NCBI GenBank assembly: GCA_963644945.1
Contig: CAVIQK010000004.1
Span: forward strand, 41,050 to 105,049
Direction of reading: 5' to 3'
Length of the DNA stretch: 64,000 bases
Origin: a bacterium
GTDB taxonomy: Bacteria > Bacillota > Clostridia > Christensenellales > DTU072
In this document: positions 12,557 through 22,087 of the stretch, in pieces
Layout: every line of letters starts with the position of its first letter
Numbering within the stretch: position 1 is the first letter of the stretch
Notes under the pieces: model-generated
Told to the model about the DNA's origin: nothing
The model's database searches: none
Seen by the model: only the letters and a program-made list of their open reading frames with translations
Made by a program: the position numbers and the translations under genes

Positions 12557-13531
12557 ATGCTTATATATAAAGTTACAGGAGACAAATCTCTAAAACAAGT
12601 AGAAGACCAATTGCCGACCGACGGAATTATGGTAAAGATCCGCAAGGTTATGCCTATGGCGGTTGACGTTGATTATTTTTCGGGCAAGAAAAAGGCCCCC
12701 CAAATCTCACCGTGTCACATGGCGACTGCGTACGTTTCGGACGATTACGAAGAATACGGACTAAAACAAGGCGAAAAAGTCATTCTCAATCCCTATATCG
12801 AAGAAAACCCCATCGACAACATAGTATCGGGAGTCAACACCGACGGCTTTTTACGTGAATTTATGTGCGTAGATCCGTCCCAAATCGTGCCACTTCCGGA
12901 CGGAGTTGACGAAGACGATGCTTTATTTACCGACCTTGTAGGCATAGCACTCGGCGCATTTTCAAAACTTCACGCAAAAAAAGGCGACTATGTAGCCATA
13001 ATCGGTGGCGGAGTAATCTCTGTAATCATAGCAGAACTAGCCATCTATTTTGGTTATATTCCCGTATATATATCGGCAGACAAAACCTTACTCGAAATTG
13101 TCAAATCGTCCGGTGTTTACTACGTTATAGACAGCACGACCGAAGACGTAAGAGCAAGAGTCTTAGAGATTACCGGCGGTCGCCTTGCCGAACGCACGAT
13201 TCTAGAATGTAGAGAAAATGTCATAACCCAATATCTTTTTGCACTAGCGGGCGAAGGCGGAGAGTCGGTTGTCGTTTCTATTCACGACAATTATGCATCT
13301 CTTGCCACAGATCTTTACCCCATGGTTTCCAAAAACCTCTCGGTTTACGGTGTAAGCGATGCTCGTGCCCAATTTGTGGCAGCCCTCAACATAATAGCGC
13401 AAGGCACCCTAAAACTAAAAGGACTCATAGACAAAACCGTCCAATTTACCGATGCCGAAAAGTTGTTCAAGGAACTCAGCGACAACAAACAAGCCTACAT
13501 TGCACCGATAATTGTGCTACCCGGCAAATAA
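12557..13531 (+). CDS. medium-chain dehydrogenase/reductase (MDR)-like protein with degenerate zinc site
   Basis: 324 aa with a GroES-like N-terminus. The Rossmann motif IIGGGVISVI is present. Positions that normally read GxCxSD and GHE read VDVDYF and CHM. Confidence 0.6.
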   Translation: MLIYKVTGDKSLKQVEDQLPTDGIMVKIRKVMPMAVDVDYFSGKKKAPQISPCHMATAYVSDDYEEYGLKQGEKVILNPYIEENPIDNIVSGVNTDGFLREFMCVDPSQIVPLPDGVDEDDALFTDLVGIALGAFSKLHAKKGDYVAIIGGGVISVIIAELAIYFGYIPVYISADKTLLEIVKSSGVYYVIDSTTEDVRARVLEITGGRLAERTILECRENVITQYLFALAGEGGESVVVSIHDNYASLATDLYPMVSKNLSVYGVSDARAQFVAALNIIAQGTLKLKGLIDKTVQFTDAEKLFKELSDNKQAYIAPIIVLPGK

Positions 13532-13567
13532 AATAACTTATATTTATAAATATAAACGAAAAAATGA

Positions 13568-13596
13568 TTGACTATATTTTTTTGTTAATATATAAT
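13568..13596 (+). promoter_or_regulatory. sigma-70-type promoter for rpmE
   Basis: TTGACT (13568..13573), a 17-nt spacer and TATAAT (13591..13596). It overlaps the 13595 ATG of the track ORF, which argues for the 13631 start. Confidence 0.6.
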
Positions 13597-13630
13597 GGTT
13601 AATGAAATTTATAAAAACAAGGTGATATAT

Positions 13631-13837
13631 ATGAAAGAATCAATACAACCCAAGTACAAGATCGTAAAATGCGTATGCGCTTGCGGAGCAGAATTCGAAG
13701 TCGGTACGACCAAAAACGTTGATACCCTGAGAGTTGATATTTGCAGCCAATGCCATCCTTACTACACCGGAAAACAAAAAGTTGTTGACACCGGCGGAAG
13801 AGTTGATAAGTTCAACAAACGCTTCAACAGAGGCTAA
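13631..13837 (+). CDS. rpmE: 50S ribosomal protein L31
   Basis: The sequence MKESIQPKY...CACGAEF...[13 protein letters not shown] carries the L31 zinc-ribbon CxxC motifs. An AAGGTGA RBS precedes ATG 13631. Confidence 0.93.
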   Translation: MKESIQPKYKIVKCVCACGAEFEVGTTKNVDTLRVDICSQCHPYYTGKQKVVDTGGRVDKFNKRFNRG

Positions 13838-13854
13838 ACAATTCACAAAAAACT

Positions 13855-13900
13855 TGCAATCACGATTCTTCGGGCTACCAAGAAAGTGGTTGCATTTTTT
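13855..13900 (+). terminator. rho-independent terminator/attenuator after rpmE
   Basis: Stem TGCAATCAC/GTGGTTGCA with an inner TTCTT/AAGAA extension, followed by TTTTTT. Confidence 0.6.
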
Positions 13901-13955
13901 ATATTTATAAAACAATTCATCCGTTTTATAGACCTTTCAATTAAAATTTAGATTT

Positions 13956-15770
13956 ATGAGTAGAAAAAACAGTTGTAACATAGGCGGTTCGGCAGTCATC
14001 GAAGGCGTAATGATGCGAGGCAATTCTGTCGCAGCCACGGCAGTGCGTGACTCCAAAGGCAACATTCAAGTGGAGTCCGAAAGATTTACCCCCTTCAAAG
14101 AAAAGAACAAAGCCTACAAAATTCCTGTCCTAAGAGGTGTCCTCAATTTTGGACTCTCCATGAAAGACAGCATGAAATATATTCTCCGCAGTAGCGAAGT
14201 CTATGCAACCGTCGATGAAGAACCGTCAAAATTTGAAAAATGGTTGGCAAAAACCTTCAAAATCGACCTTATGGACGTCGTAACCGTCGTTTCGTCGATT
14301 ATCGGAATAGTGTTTGCGTTAGGACTTTTCGTCTTTATTCCCCAACTAGCGACCACCGCAATATTTTCGGGACTTGACACTTCGAGTTTTGGCATGAGTG
14401 TAGCCTACAATGCCGTTGCCGGTGGCATGAGAATGTGCATATTTATTTTGTATTTATGGGCAATATCTCTCCTAAAAGACATAAAAAGACTCTTTATGTA
14501 CCATGGAGCCGAACACAAAACCATTGCATGCTACGAACACGGACTTGACTTGACCGTAGAAAACGTCAAGAAAATGAAAAAAGAACACGACCGTTGCGGA
14601 ACGACTTTTATGTTCCTTGTCATGATTCTTTCCATCTTTTTCTTCATGCTTTTCCCCGTAGATTTTATCAAAGGCGGTAGCGATGTCGTCAACTACATAT
14701 TGAGAGTCCTTCTCCGTATAGCGTGCATCCCGATAGTTGCGGGACTTTCGTATGAAGTCCTCAAAGTGCTTGCCAAATTTGACAATGTATTTGTGAGAAT
14801 ATTAAAAGCCCCCGGACTTCTTTTGCAAAAACTCACCACGAGAGAGCCTGACGACAGCATGATGGAATGTGCCATCAAAGCCTTCACCACCGTACTAGAA
14901 ATGGAAAAAGATCCCACGATCCCCACCACATATTTTGACACATCGAAAAGTGTTGACAAAGTAAAAGGCGAGTTTACGAGAATGTTGGGCAAAGAAAAAG
15001 AAGAAAAAATAGAATTACTCATGATGGACGTCATGGGACTTGATACAAAAACCCAACTTTATGACGGTAGAACGGTAAAAGAAGAAGAATATGTCAAAAT
15101 AAAAGACGGTGTCAAAAAACTCAAAAAAGCCGTTCCCCCTCAATATGTATCCGGAAGAGCCGACTTTTACGGCAGAACTTTCCACGTTGACCAAAGAGTG
15201 CTTATCCCAAGAGGCGACACCGAAATCTTGACGAGTGAAGCAATAAAAGTAGTCAAAGAAAAGGAAAACCCTTCTGTTTTAGAAATGTGTACGGGATCGG
15301 GAATCATTGCCATCACAATGAATCTTGAAACGGGCAAAAAGATAGTAGCAAGCGACATTTCTCTAGATGCATTAGACGTAGCAAAACAAAACGGCAACAC
15401 CCTTGGAGCCGATGTCGAGTGGCGACAAGGCGACCTTTTCAAAGTGGTAAAAAAGGACGAAAAATTCGATGTCATAGTCGCCAATCCCCCCTATATCAAG
15501 AAAGACGACATCAAAACTCTTGACGACGAAGTCAAAAATTATGAACCGCATCTAGCCCTAGACGGCGGACGTGACGGACTTGACGCATATAGGAAAATAA
15601 GACGAGATTTTGAGTCCTACCTACAAGAAGACGGCGTTATGCTTTTAGAAATAGGTTACGACCAAAAAGACGAAATAGCATCGCTTTTTGACGGTTACGA
15701 CGTAAGTTTCGTAAAAGACTACAACAATCCCCCCATTGACCGAGTCGCAATTATAAAAAGGAATAAATAA
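13956..15770 (+). CDS. prmC: fusion protein: DUF1385 membrane domain (N) plus release-factor glutamine N5-methyltransferase PrmC/HemK (C)
   Basis: 604 aa. Residues 1 to about 325 are DUF1385-like (GGSAVIEGVMMRG, YHGAEHK, several TM helices). Residues from about 340 to 604 are PrmC (QYVSGRADFYG, VLIPRGDTE, SAM motif EMCTGSGII, catalytic NPPY). prfA lies immediately downstream. Confidence 0.85.
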   Translation: MSRKNSCNIGGSAVIEGVMMRGNSVAATAVRDSKGNIQVESERFTPFKEKNKAYKIPVLRGVLNFGLSMKDSMKYILRSSEVYATVDEEPSKFEKWLAKTFKIDLMDVVTVVSSIIGIVFALGLFVFIPQLATTAIFSGLDTSSFGMSVAYNAVAGGMRMCIFILYLWAISLLKDIKRLFMYHGAEHKTIACYEHGLDLTVENVKKMKKEHDRCGTTFMFLVMILSIFFFMLFPVDFIKGGSDVVNYILRVLLRIACIPIVAGLSYEVLKVLAKFDNVFVRILKAPGLLLQKLTTREPDDSMMECAIKAFTTVLEMEKDPTIPTTYFDTSKSVDKVKGEFTRMLGKEKEEKIELLMMDVMGLDTKTQLYDGRTVKEEEYVKIKDGVKKLKKAVPPQYVSGRADFYGRTFHVDQRVLIPRGDTEILTSEAIKVVKEKENPSVLEMCTGSGIIAITMNLETGKKIVASDISLDALDVAKQNGNTLGADVEWRQGDLFKVVKKDEKFDVIVANPPYIKKDDIKTLDDEVKNYEPHLALDGGRDGLDAYRKIRRDFESYLQEDGVMLLEIGYDQKDEIASLFDGYDVSFVKDYNNPPIDRVAIIKRNK

Positions 15771-15783
15771 TTAAGGAATATTT

Positions 15784-16851
15784 ATGTTTGAGAAACTAGA
15801 ATTATTACTAAAAAGATACGAAGAAATATCCGAAAAAATAGGACTTCCCGAAGTCGTTGCCAGACAAGACGAGTGGCGAGAACTTGTCAAAGAACATTCC
15901 GCCCTCGAACCCATCATCGAAGCCTACAAAGAATATCTAAAAATCGTAGCCGACATGGAAGACTGCAAAGCAATGATGGAAGACGACGACAAAGAAATGC
16001 GTGACATGGCTAATGCCGAGTATTATAGCCTAAAAGACGACAAAGAAAAGAAAATTGCCGAGTTAAAAGTCCTACTTCTTCCTAAAGATCCCATGGACGG
16101 CAAAAACGTCATCGTCGAAATAAGAGGCGGAGCCGGTGGCGAAGAATCGTGCTTGTTTGCGACCGAACTTTATAGAATGTACCATCGTCTTGCCGAAAGA
16201 AATCGTTGGAAAACCGAAGATATATCCATAAACGACACCGAACTCGGCGGAATAAAAGAAGCCGTCTTTATGGTAAAAGGCGCCGACGTTTATTCAAAAC
16301 TAAAATACGAAAGCGGTGTTCACAGAGTGCAAAGAGTCCCCGAAACCGAAAGCCAAGGGAGAGTCCACACCTCGACCGCAACCGTAGCCGTTCTTCCCGA
16401 AGCCGAAGATGCCCAAGTGGAAATAAACGACAAAGACCTCAAAATAGACACATACAGAAGTAGCGGAGCAGGCGGACAACACGTCAACAAAACCGAGTCC
16501 GCAATAAGAATTACCCACCTACCTACCGGCATAGTCGTAGAGTGCCAAGACGAACGTAGCCAAATAAAAAACAAAGACAAAGCCATGCGAGTTTTGAAGT
16601 CTAGACTATATGATTTTTACCAAAGCCAAAAGGACAAAGAGTATGCCGAAAACCGCAAAGCCCAAGTAGGTACGGGAGATCGTAGCGAGCGTATTCGTAC
16701 ATACAACTACCCCCAAGGAAGAGTCACCGACCACAGAATAGGCATGACGATTTATTCCCTTCCCGACTTTTTGGACGGCGATATGAACGAAATGTTAGAA
16801 GCCTTGCATCTAACCGCACAAAATGAGAAAATAGCCAAAATAGGTGACTAG
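15784..16851 (+). CDS. prfA: peptide chain release factor 1
   Basis: The GGQ motif ([14 protein letters not shown]) and the RF1-type PxT tripeptide (PET) are present. 355 aa. Confidence 0.96.
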   Translation: MFEKLELLLKRYEEISEKIGLPEVVARQDEWRELVKEHSALEPIIEAYKEYLKIVADMEDCKAMMEDDDKEMRDMANAEYYSLKDDKEKKIAELKVLLLPKDPMDGKNVIVEIRGGAGGEESCLFATELYRMYHRLAERNRWKTEDISINDTELGGIKEAVFMVKGADVYSKLKYESGVHRVQRVPETESQGRVHTSTATVAVLPEAEDAQVEINDKDLKIDTYRSSGAGGQHVNKTESAIRITHLPTGIVVECQDERSQIKNKDKAMRVLKSRLYDFYQSQKDKEYAENRKAQVGTGDRSERIRTYNYPQGRVTDHRIGMTIYSLPDFLDGDMNEMLEALHLTAQNEKIAKIGD

Positions 16852-16875
16852 TATATATAGTTAAGGAACCCAAAC

Positions 16876-18270
16876 ATGTCAAGAAAATTATTTTTAGATG
16901 AAAAAGCCAACGTCTTAATGGAGCATACTTTCCATTACCAATTACAAGACGTCAAGGAGCCGGAACTCTATCGCCAATTTTTTGAATACGGCAAAATTCC
17001 GCTTATCACGTTCAACAACCGTCACGTCCCTATGAGTACCCCCAAGGACATTTTTATTACGGACACCACGTTTAGAGACGGTCAGCAATCTCGTGCCCCT
17101 TATACCGTTGACCAAATAGTTGACCTATATAGACTACTTTCCAAGTTAGGCGGACCCAACGGCATGATAAGACAAAGTGAATTTTTCTTATATTCCGAAA
17201 AGGACAGAGAAGCAGTCAGACGATGCCAAGAAACAGGACTCAAATTCCCTGAAATTACAGGTTGGATAAGAGCCACCGAAAAAGATTTTAGTCTAGTAAA
17301 AGAAATGGGACTTAAAGAAACGGGCATACTCACATCGTGTTCCGATTACCACATTTTCAAGAAGATGAATCTTACAAGAAAACAAGCCCTTGACAAATAT
17401 TTAGGAATTGTAAAATCTGCCCTAGACGCAGGTATTAGACCAAGATGCCACTTCGAAGACATCACAAGAGCCGACTTTTACGGATTTGTCGTCCCGTTCG
17501 CAACCGAAATCAAAAAGTTGTCCGACGAGTCCGGAGTCAACATCAAAATTCGTTGTTGCGATACACTAGGTTACGGTGTTTCCATCACCGGTGTTTCTCT
17601 ACCTAGATCGGTTGCCGGTATTGTCTATGGTATAAAACACTATGCAGATATCGAATCGGAAGATCTCGAATGGCATGGTCACAACGACTTCTACAAAGCC
17701 GTCCAAAATGCAACTACCGCTTGGCTATACGGAGCATCCGGAGTCAACTGTTCGATTTTCGGAATAGGCGAGCGTACAGGCAACTGCCCTCTTGAAGCCA
17801 TGGCAATAGAATATGCGTCCTTACGTGGCACGACCAACGGCATGGACTTGTCGGTAATCACCGATATAGCCGAGTATTTCGAAAAGAACATAGGTTATCA
17901 CATCCCTTCCCGTATGCCTTTTGTCGGTCGCAATTTCAACACGACAAGAGCCGGCATCCATGCGGACGGCATGCTAAAAGACCAAGAAATCTACAACATT
18001 TTCGACACCGAAAAGATCCTAAAACGCACCCCCAGAGTTATCATTGACGAGCATAGCGGTCTTGCAGGCATAGCGTATTGGATCAACAGTTATTTTGAAT
18101 TGAAAGAATCACCTTTCTCTAAAAACGATTCAATCGTCATAAAGATGAAAAATGTCATCGACAACATATATTCGCAAGGCAGAACGACGACAATATCTGA
18201 CGAAGAACTTTTGGAGATTTTGGCGACGGAAGACGAGTATTTATATAAAACACTTATTTCTAAAAATTGA
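16876..18270 (+). CDS. HMGL-like LeuA/NifV-family acyl-CoA:2-oxoacid condensing enzyme (homocitrate / Re-citrate synthase-like)
   Basis: It has the TDTTFRDGQQ motif and the HxH metal site (EWHGHNDF). It is 464 aa and lacks the LeuA C-terminal regulatory domain. Substrate specificity cannot be read from the sequence. Confidence 0.7.
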   Translation: MSRKLFLDEKANVLMEHTFHYQLQDVKEPELYRQFFEYGKIPLITFNNRHVPMSTPKDIFITDTTFRDGQQSRAPYTVDQIVDLYRLLSKLGGPNGMIRQSEFFLYSEKDREAVRRCQETGLKFPEITGWIRATEKDFSLVKEMGLKETGILTSCSDYHIFKKMNLTRKQALDKYLGIVKSALDAGIRPRCHFEDITRADFYGFVVPFATEIKKLSDESGVNIKIRCCDTLGYGVSITGVSLPRSVAGIVYGIKHYADIESEDLEWHGHNDFYKAVQNATTAWLYGASGVNCSIFGIGERTGNCPLEAMAIEYASLRGTTNGMDLSVITDIAEYFEKNIGYHIPSRMPFVGRNFNTTRAGIHADGMLKDQEIYNIFDTEKILKRTPRVIIDEHSGLAGIAYWINSYFELKESPFSKNDSIVIKMKNVIDNIYSQGRTTTISDEELLEILATEDEYLYKTLISKN

Positions 18271-18332
18271 CTCTTGAAAATATATAATTATTCTAGTATA
18301 ATAAGAACATAGAACTTTTATTGGAGGCAACA

Positions 18333-18743
18333 ATGATCAGTATTATTTATGGTGGCAAAGGTTCAGGAAAAACAAAGAAAATTATCGACATGGCCAACGA
18401 GAGAGGCTTAAACTCCCCCGGCGATGTTGTCTATATTACCGACAACGGCCGTCACGTAAGCGAAGTCAAATACGTAATTCGCTACATTGACACGACCGAA
18501 AGCGGAATTCACGACGAAAGCGGACTTCTCGGTTTCATAAGAGGTCTTATCGCAGGCAACTACGACATCAAAGACATGTTTATCGACGGTGCATGCCGTA
18601 TGATGAACGTCAATATCGAAGACATGGAATCTTTCATGGCAGAACTCGACAACATTTCTGCAACCAGTGACGTCAACTTGGTTTTGACGGTATCGAGAGA
18701 TATTGAAGAACTTCCCGAATTTTTCAAAAAATACTTAGCATAA
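18333..18743 (+). CDS. small P-loop NTPase, function unknown
   Basis: Walker A GGKGSGKT is present at the N-terminus and a possible Walker B at DMFIDG. A GGAGG RBS precedes ATG 18333. The track start at 18321 overlaps that RBS. Confidence 0.6.
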   Translation: MISIIYGGKGSGKTKKIIDMANERGLNSPGDVVYITDNGRHVSEVKYVIRYIDTTESGIHDESGLLGFIRGLIAGNYDIKDMFIDGACRMMNVNIEDMESFMAELDNISATSDVNLVLTVSRDIEELPEFFKKYLA

Positions 18744-18744
18744 T

Positions 18745-20229
18745 ATGGATTATACCAGCACCCGCAAGAGCCTAAAACTCTCAGGTAGCGAAGTTATCTT
18801 AAACGGCATTAGTAAAGACGGCGGATTATTTGTTCCGTCGTCATTTCCTATTCTAAAAAGAGAAGATATCGAAAGACTGTCCGAAATGGACTATGTAGCG
18901 AGAGCGACTTTTATATACGGGAACTATCTCACAGATTTCGAAAGACTCGATCTTCTACACTTCGCACAAAAATCAGCCGACAAATTCGACGAAAAGGATC
19001 CTGCCCCCGTTGTCAAAGTCGATGACGGCTTATACGTCATGGAACTATGGCATGGTCCGACATCGGCGTTCAAAGACGTAGCACTTACCACCCTTCCTCA
19101 TTTTATGTCCTATGCCAAAAAACGCATGGACGAAGACCACAAAATTTTGATTTTGGTAGCGACTTCGGGCGACACAGGAAAAGCCGCTCTAGAAGGTTTC
19201 AAAAATGTTGACGGAGTCGAAGTCGTCGTCGTTTATCCGTCTGAAGGTGTCAGCCCCATACAAAGATTGCAGATGACCACAACGGACGGTGACAACGTCC
19301 ACGTAATAGGAGTAAAAGGCAATTTTGACGATGCCCAAAAAGCCGTAAAAGAGATATTCGGTAGCCCCGAAAACAACCAAGAATTACAAGACAACGGTTA
19401 TGTTTTGTCGAGTGCCAACTCCATAAATTTTGGCAGACTTCTTCCCCAAATCGTCTATTATGTTTCGGCATATTGCGACCTTTTGGCAGGCAACGAAATA
19501 AAATACGGCGACAAAATCAATTTTGTAGTTCCTAGTGGCAACTTCGGTGACATTTTGGCAGGCTACTATGCCAAAAAAATGGGACTTCCCATAAAGAAAC
19601 TCATCGTCGCATCCAACGAAAACAATGTCCTAACCGACTTTTTCAATACAGGAATATACGATGCGTCAAGACCGCTAAAAAAGACCACGTCCCCGTCAAT
19701 GGACATTTTGGTTTCGTCTAATCTCGAAAGACTTTTGTTCGAAATAGGCGGAAGAGACGAGAGTTTTGTCGAAAACTTGATGAAAGATTTGAAAGAAACT
19801 AGAAAATTCCAAGTCGACAAAAAACTACTCCAAGAAAAATGCCCCGAATTTTCGGCTTACTACCTTGACGAAAACGAAGTAAAAGACGAAATTTACGAGT
19901 TTTACGAAGATTTTGATTATGTTCTCGATCCTCATACGGCAGTCGCAAGCGGAGCCTACTTCAAATATATCGGCGACACGCAAGACTACACCCCTACGGT
20001 AATAGTCTCTACCGCCAACCCTTACAAATTCCCGTCGGCAGTGTATGAAGCCCTCACCGACGAAAAGGAAGAGGATGCAGTCAAAGCCTCCAAAAAATTG
20101 AGAGAATATACCGGCATGGAAATGCCCGACAACCTCAAAAACGTGTTCAGCAAAAAGGTATTGCATACCACTACATGCGAAAGAGACGACCTCAAAACAA
20201 CAATACTTGACATATACAGGAGAAAATAG
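18745..20229 (+). CDS. thrC: threonine synthase (long form)
   Basis: 494 aa, with the PLP-lysine motif HGPTSAFKD. Confidence 0.9.
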   Translation: MDYTSTRKSLKLSGSEVILNGISKDGGLFVPSSFPILKREDIERLSEMDYVARATFIYGNYLTDFERLDLLHFAQKSADKFDEKDPAPVVKVDDGLYVMELWHGPTSAFKDVALTTLPHFMSYAKKRMDEDHKILILVATSGDTGKAALEGFKNVDGVEVVVVYPSEGVSPIQRLQMTTTDGDNVHVIGVKGNFDDAQKAVKEIFGSPENNQELQDNGYVLSSANSINFGRLLPQIVYYVSAYCDLLAGNEIKYGDKINFVVPSGNFGDILAGYYAKKMGLPIKKLIVASNENNVLTDFFNTGIYDASRPLKKTTSPSMDILVSSNLERLLFEIGGRDESFVENLMKDLKETRKFQVDKKLLQEKCPEFSAYYLDENEVKDEIYEFYEDFDYVLDPHTAVASGAYFKYIGDTQDYTPTVIVSTANPYKFPSAVYEALTDEKEEDAVKASKKLREYTGMEMPDNLKNVFSKKVLHTTTCERDDLKTTILDIYRRK

Positions 20230-20231
20230 TT

Positions 20232-21233
20232 ATGGATGCGGAAAAACCCGTCTTATATAGCGGAATTCAACCGTCCGGCAGTCTAACTCTCGGCAACTAC
20301 ATCGGAGCCATTAGAAATTGGCTAAAACTCAGTGCCGACTACAAAACCATCTACGAAATAGCCGATCTTCATGCCTTGACGGTCAGACAAACACCGGCAG
20401 AATTTAGAGCAAGAGCCTTGAGTTTTTTTGCTCAATACCTTGCTTGCGGACTTGATCCCGAAGAAAGTATCATCTATTTTCAGTCCCACCTTCCCGCCCA
20501 TGCGGAAATATGTTGGATACTCAACTGCTACACTTATGTAGGAGAAATGTCTCGTATGACGCAATTTAAGGATAAATCAAGGAAGCATGCCGATAATGTA
20601 AACATGGGACTCATGGATTACCCCGTACTCATGGCAGGCGACATACTTCTGTTCCAAACAGATCTCGTCCCCGTAGGCATTGACCAAAAACAACATTTGG
20701 AAATCACTAGGGACATAGCGACAAGATTCAATGCTTTGTACCCTGGGACCTTCAAAATTCCCGAAGGCTATTATGCCAAGGAAGGAGCCAAAATCTGTTC
20801 TTTGCAAGATCCGACCGCCAAAATGTCCAAATCCGATCCGGATCCCAACGGCAGTGTGTTGCTAATCGACGATCCCGACACGATAATGCGTAAGTTCAAA
20901 AGAGCCGTCACCGACAGCGACACTTGTGTAAGGTATGACGAAAAGGAAAAACCCGGTGTATCCAACCTTCTCACGATAATGTCCGCCATGACCGATAGAC
21001 CGATAGATTCTATCGTCAAAGATTTCGAAGGCAGAGGCTATGCCGACTTCAAAAAGGAAGTAGGCGAATCGGTTGTCGAGAAACTTCGCCCGATAAGAGA
21101 GGAGTATCAAAGACTACTGTCATCGAAAGATGCCCTTGCGGAAATCGCTCGTGCAGGTGTCGAAAAAGCAGGCAAGATAGCATACAAAACACTCAATAAA
21201 GTCTATAAAAAAGTAGGATTGGTAGGTAGATAA
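20232..21233 (+). CDS. trpS: tryptophan--tRNA ligase
   Basis: Class I motifs are present: an N-terminal GIQPSG..TLGNYIG and KMSKS (AKMSKSDP). 333 aa. Confidence 0.95.
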   Translation: MDAEKPVLYSGIQPSGSLTLGNYIGAIRNWLKLSADYKTIYEIADLHALTVRQTPAEFRARALSFFAQYLACGLDPEESIIYFQSHLPAHAEICWILNCYTYVGEMSRMTQFKDKSRKHADNVNMGLMDYPVLMAGDILLFQTDLVPVGIDQKQHLEITRDIATRFNALYPGTFKIPEGYYAKEGAKICSLQDPTAKMSKSDPDPNGSVLLIDDPDTIMRKFKRAVTDSDTCVRYDEKEKPGVSNLLTIMSAMTDRPIDSIVKDFEGRGYADFKKEVGESVVEKLRPIREEYQRLLSSKDALAEIARAGVEKAGKIAYKTLNKVYKKVGLVGR

Positions 21234-22087
21234 TGTTCGGCTATGTCATCCCCGACAAACCCAATATTTTAGTCAAAGATTATGAATTATATCGTGCTTA
21301 TTATTGCGGAATTTGTAAAGGGATAGGCAAAACAACGGGACAAAAATCACGACTCACTTTGTCGTACGACATCACCCTTCTTGCGATGTTTGCAGTAGCC
21401 GTCGGCGAAGAAACCCCGACAATAAAAAAAGAACGTTGCCCCGTCCATATCCTAAAAAAACGAAACGTCGTCATTTGCCCCGATACCTTCAAAACAGTAT
21501 CATATATCAATGCAATACTCGGTTATTACAAAGCATTAGACGATGCGGCCGACGAAAAAAGACTGCTAAAAAAACTAGGAAGACTAGTTATAGGTAGAGG
21601 CTATCGCAAAGCAAAAAAAGTCCTTCCCGAATTTGACGAGTTGTGTAAAAGCCAATATGCAAGGCTATCAAGTATGGAAAAGGACAAAAACTTTACGCTA
21701 GATGCCTACGCCGATCCCTTCTCTCTCATTTTAGAAGGAGCCTCCAAAATTATCAAGAAAGACGAGAATTTCAATCGCCTATTCTACAATCTAGGCAGAT
21801 ATATTTACGTTTTAGATGCACTTGACGATTACGAAAGCGACATCAAAAAAGGTCGATTCAATCCTCTAAAAGAAAACATCTCTACACCTTGTAAAAATAT
21901 AGACGAAGCCAAAACAATAGCGGACAACTCCCTAAATCTTACCATCGAAGAGATCAAAAGAATGTACACTTCATTAGAAGTTAATCATGCCGACGGACCT
22001 CTTTCCAACATTATTTATTTAGGACTCGAGAGGAGAAAGCAACAAGTTTTATCAGGAGAAAACAAACATGACAAAAGATCCATTTAA
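21233..22087 (+). CDS. DUF5685-like protein
   Basis: The N-terminus MFGYVIPDKPNILVKDYELYRAYYCGICK resembles the DUF5685 family of Firmicutes. This assignment is from memory and was not searched. Confidence 0.55.
   Translation: MFGYVIPDKPNILVKDYELYRAYYCGICKGIGKTTGQKSRLTLSYDITLLAMFAVAVGEETPTIKKERCPVHILKKRNVVICPDTFKTVSYINAILGYYKALDDAADEKRLLKKLGRLVIGRGYRKAKKVLPEFDELCKSQYARLSSMEKDKNFTLDAYADPFSLILEGASKIIKKDENFNRLFYNLGRYIYVLDALDDYESDIKKGRFNPLKENISTPCKNIDEAKTIADNSLNLTIEEIKRMYTSLEVNHADGPLSNIIYLGLERRKQQVLSGENKHDKRSI

Noticed and set aside
13595-13630. Upstream-extended starts given by the ORF track. These are rpmE 13595, nadE 25365, 35371, rpsT 34618, fucI 47037, SBP 44865, oppF 54871, EF-G 34350 and the P-loop gene 18321.
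   Set aside because: In each case a downstream start has a proper GGAGG-like RBS and matches the expected family N-terminus. Several extended starts overlap the predicted promoter or the RBS itself.
16206-16463. Arg/Lys-rich alternative-frame ORFs on the same strand as real genes. They occur at 16206..16463 in prfA, 23372..23647 in the NYN gene, 26443..26745 across the hydC end, 47678..48019 and 49381..49638.
   Set aside because: These are out-of-frame readings of A/G-rich coding sequence. I see no RBS, no conservation logic and no motifs.
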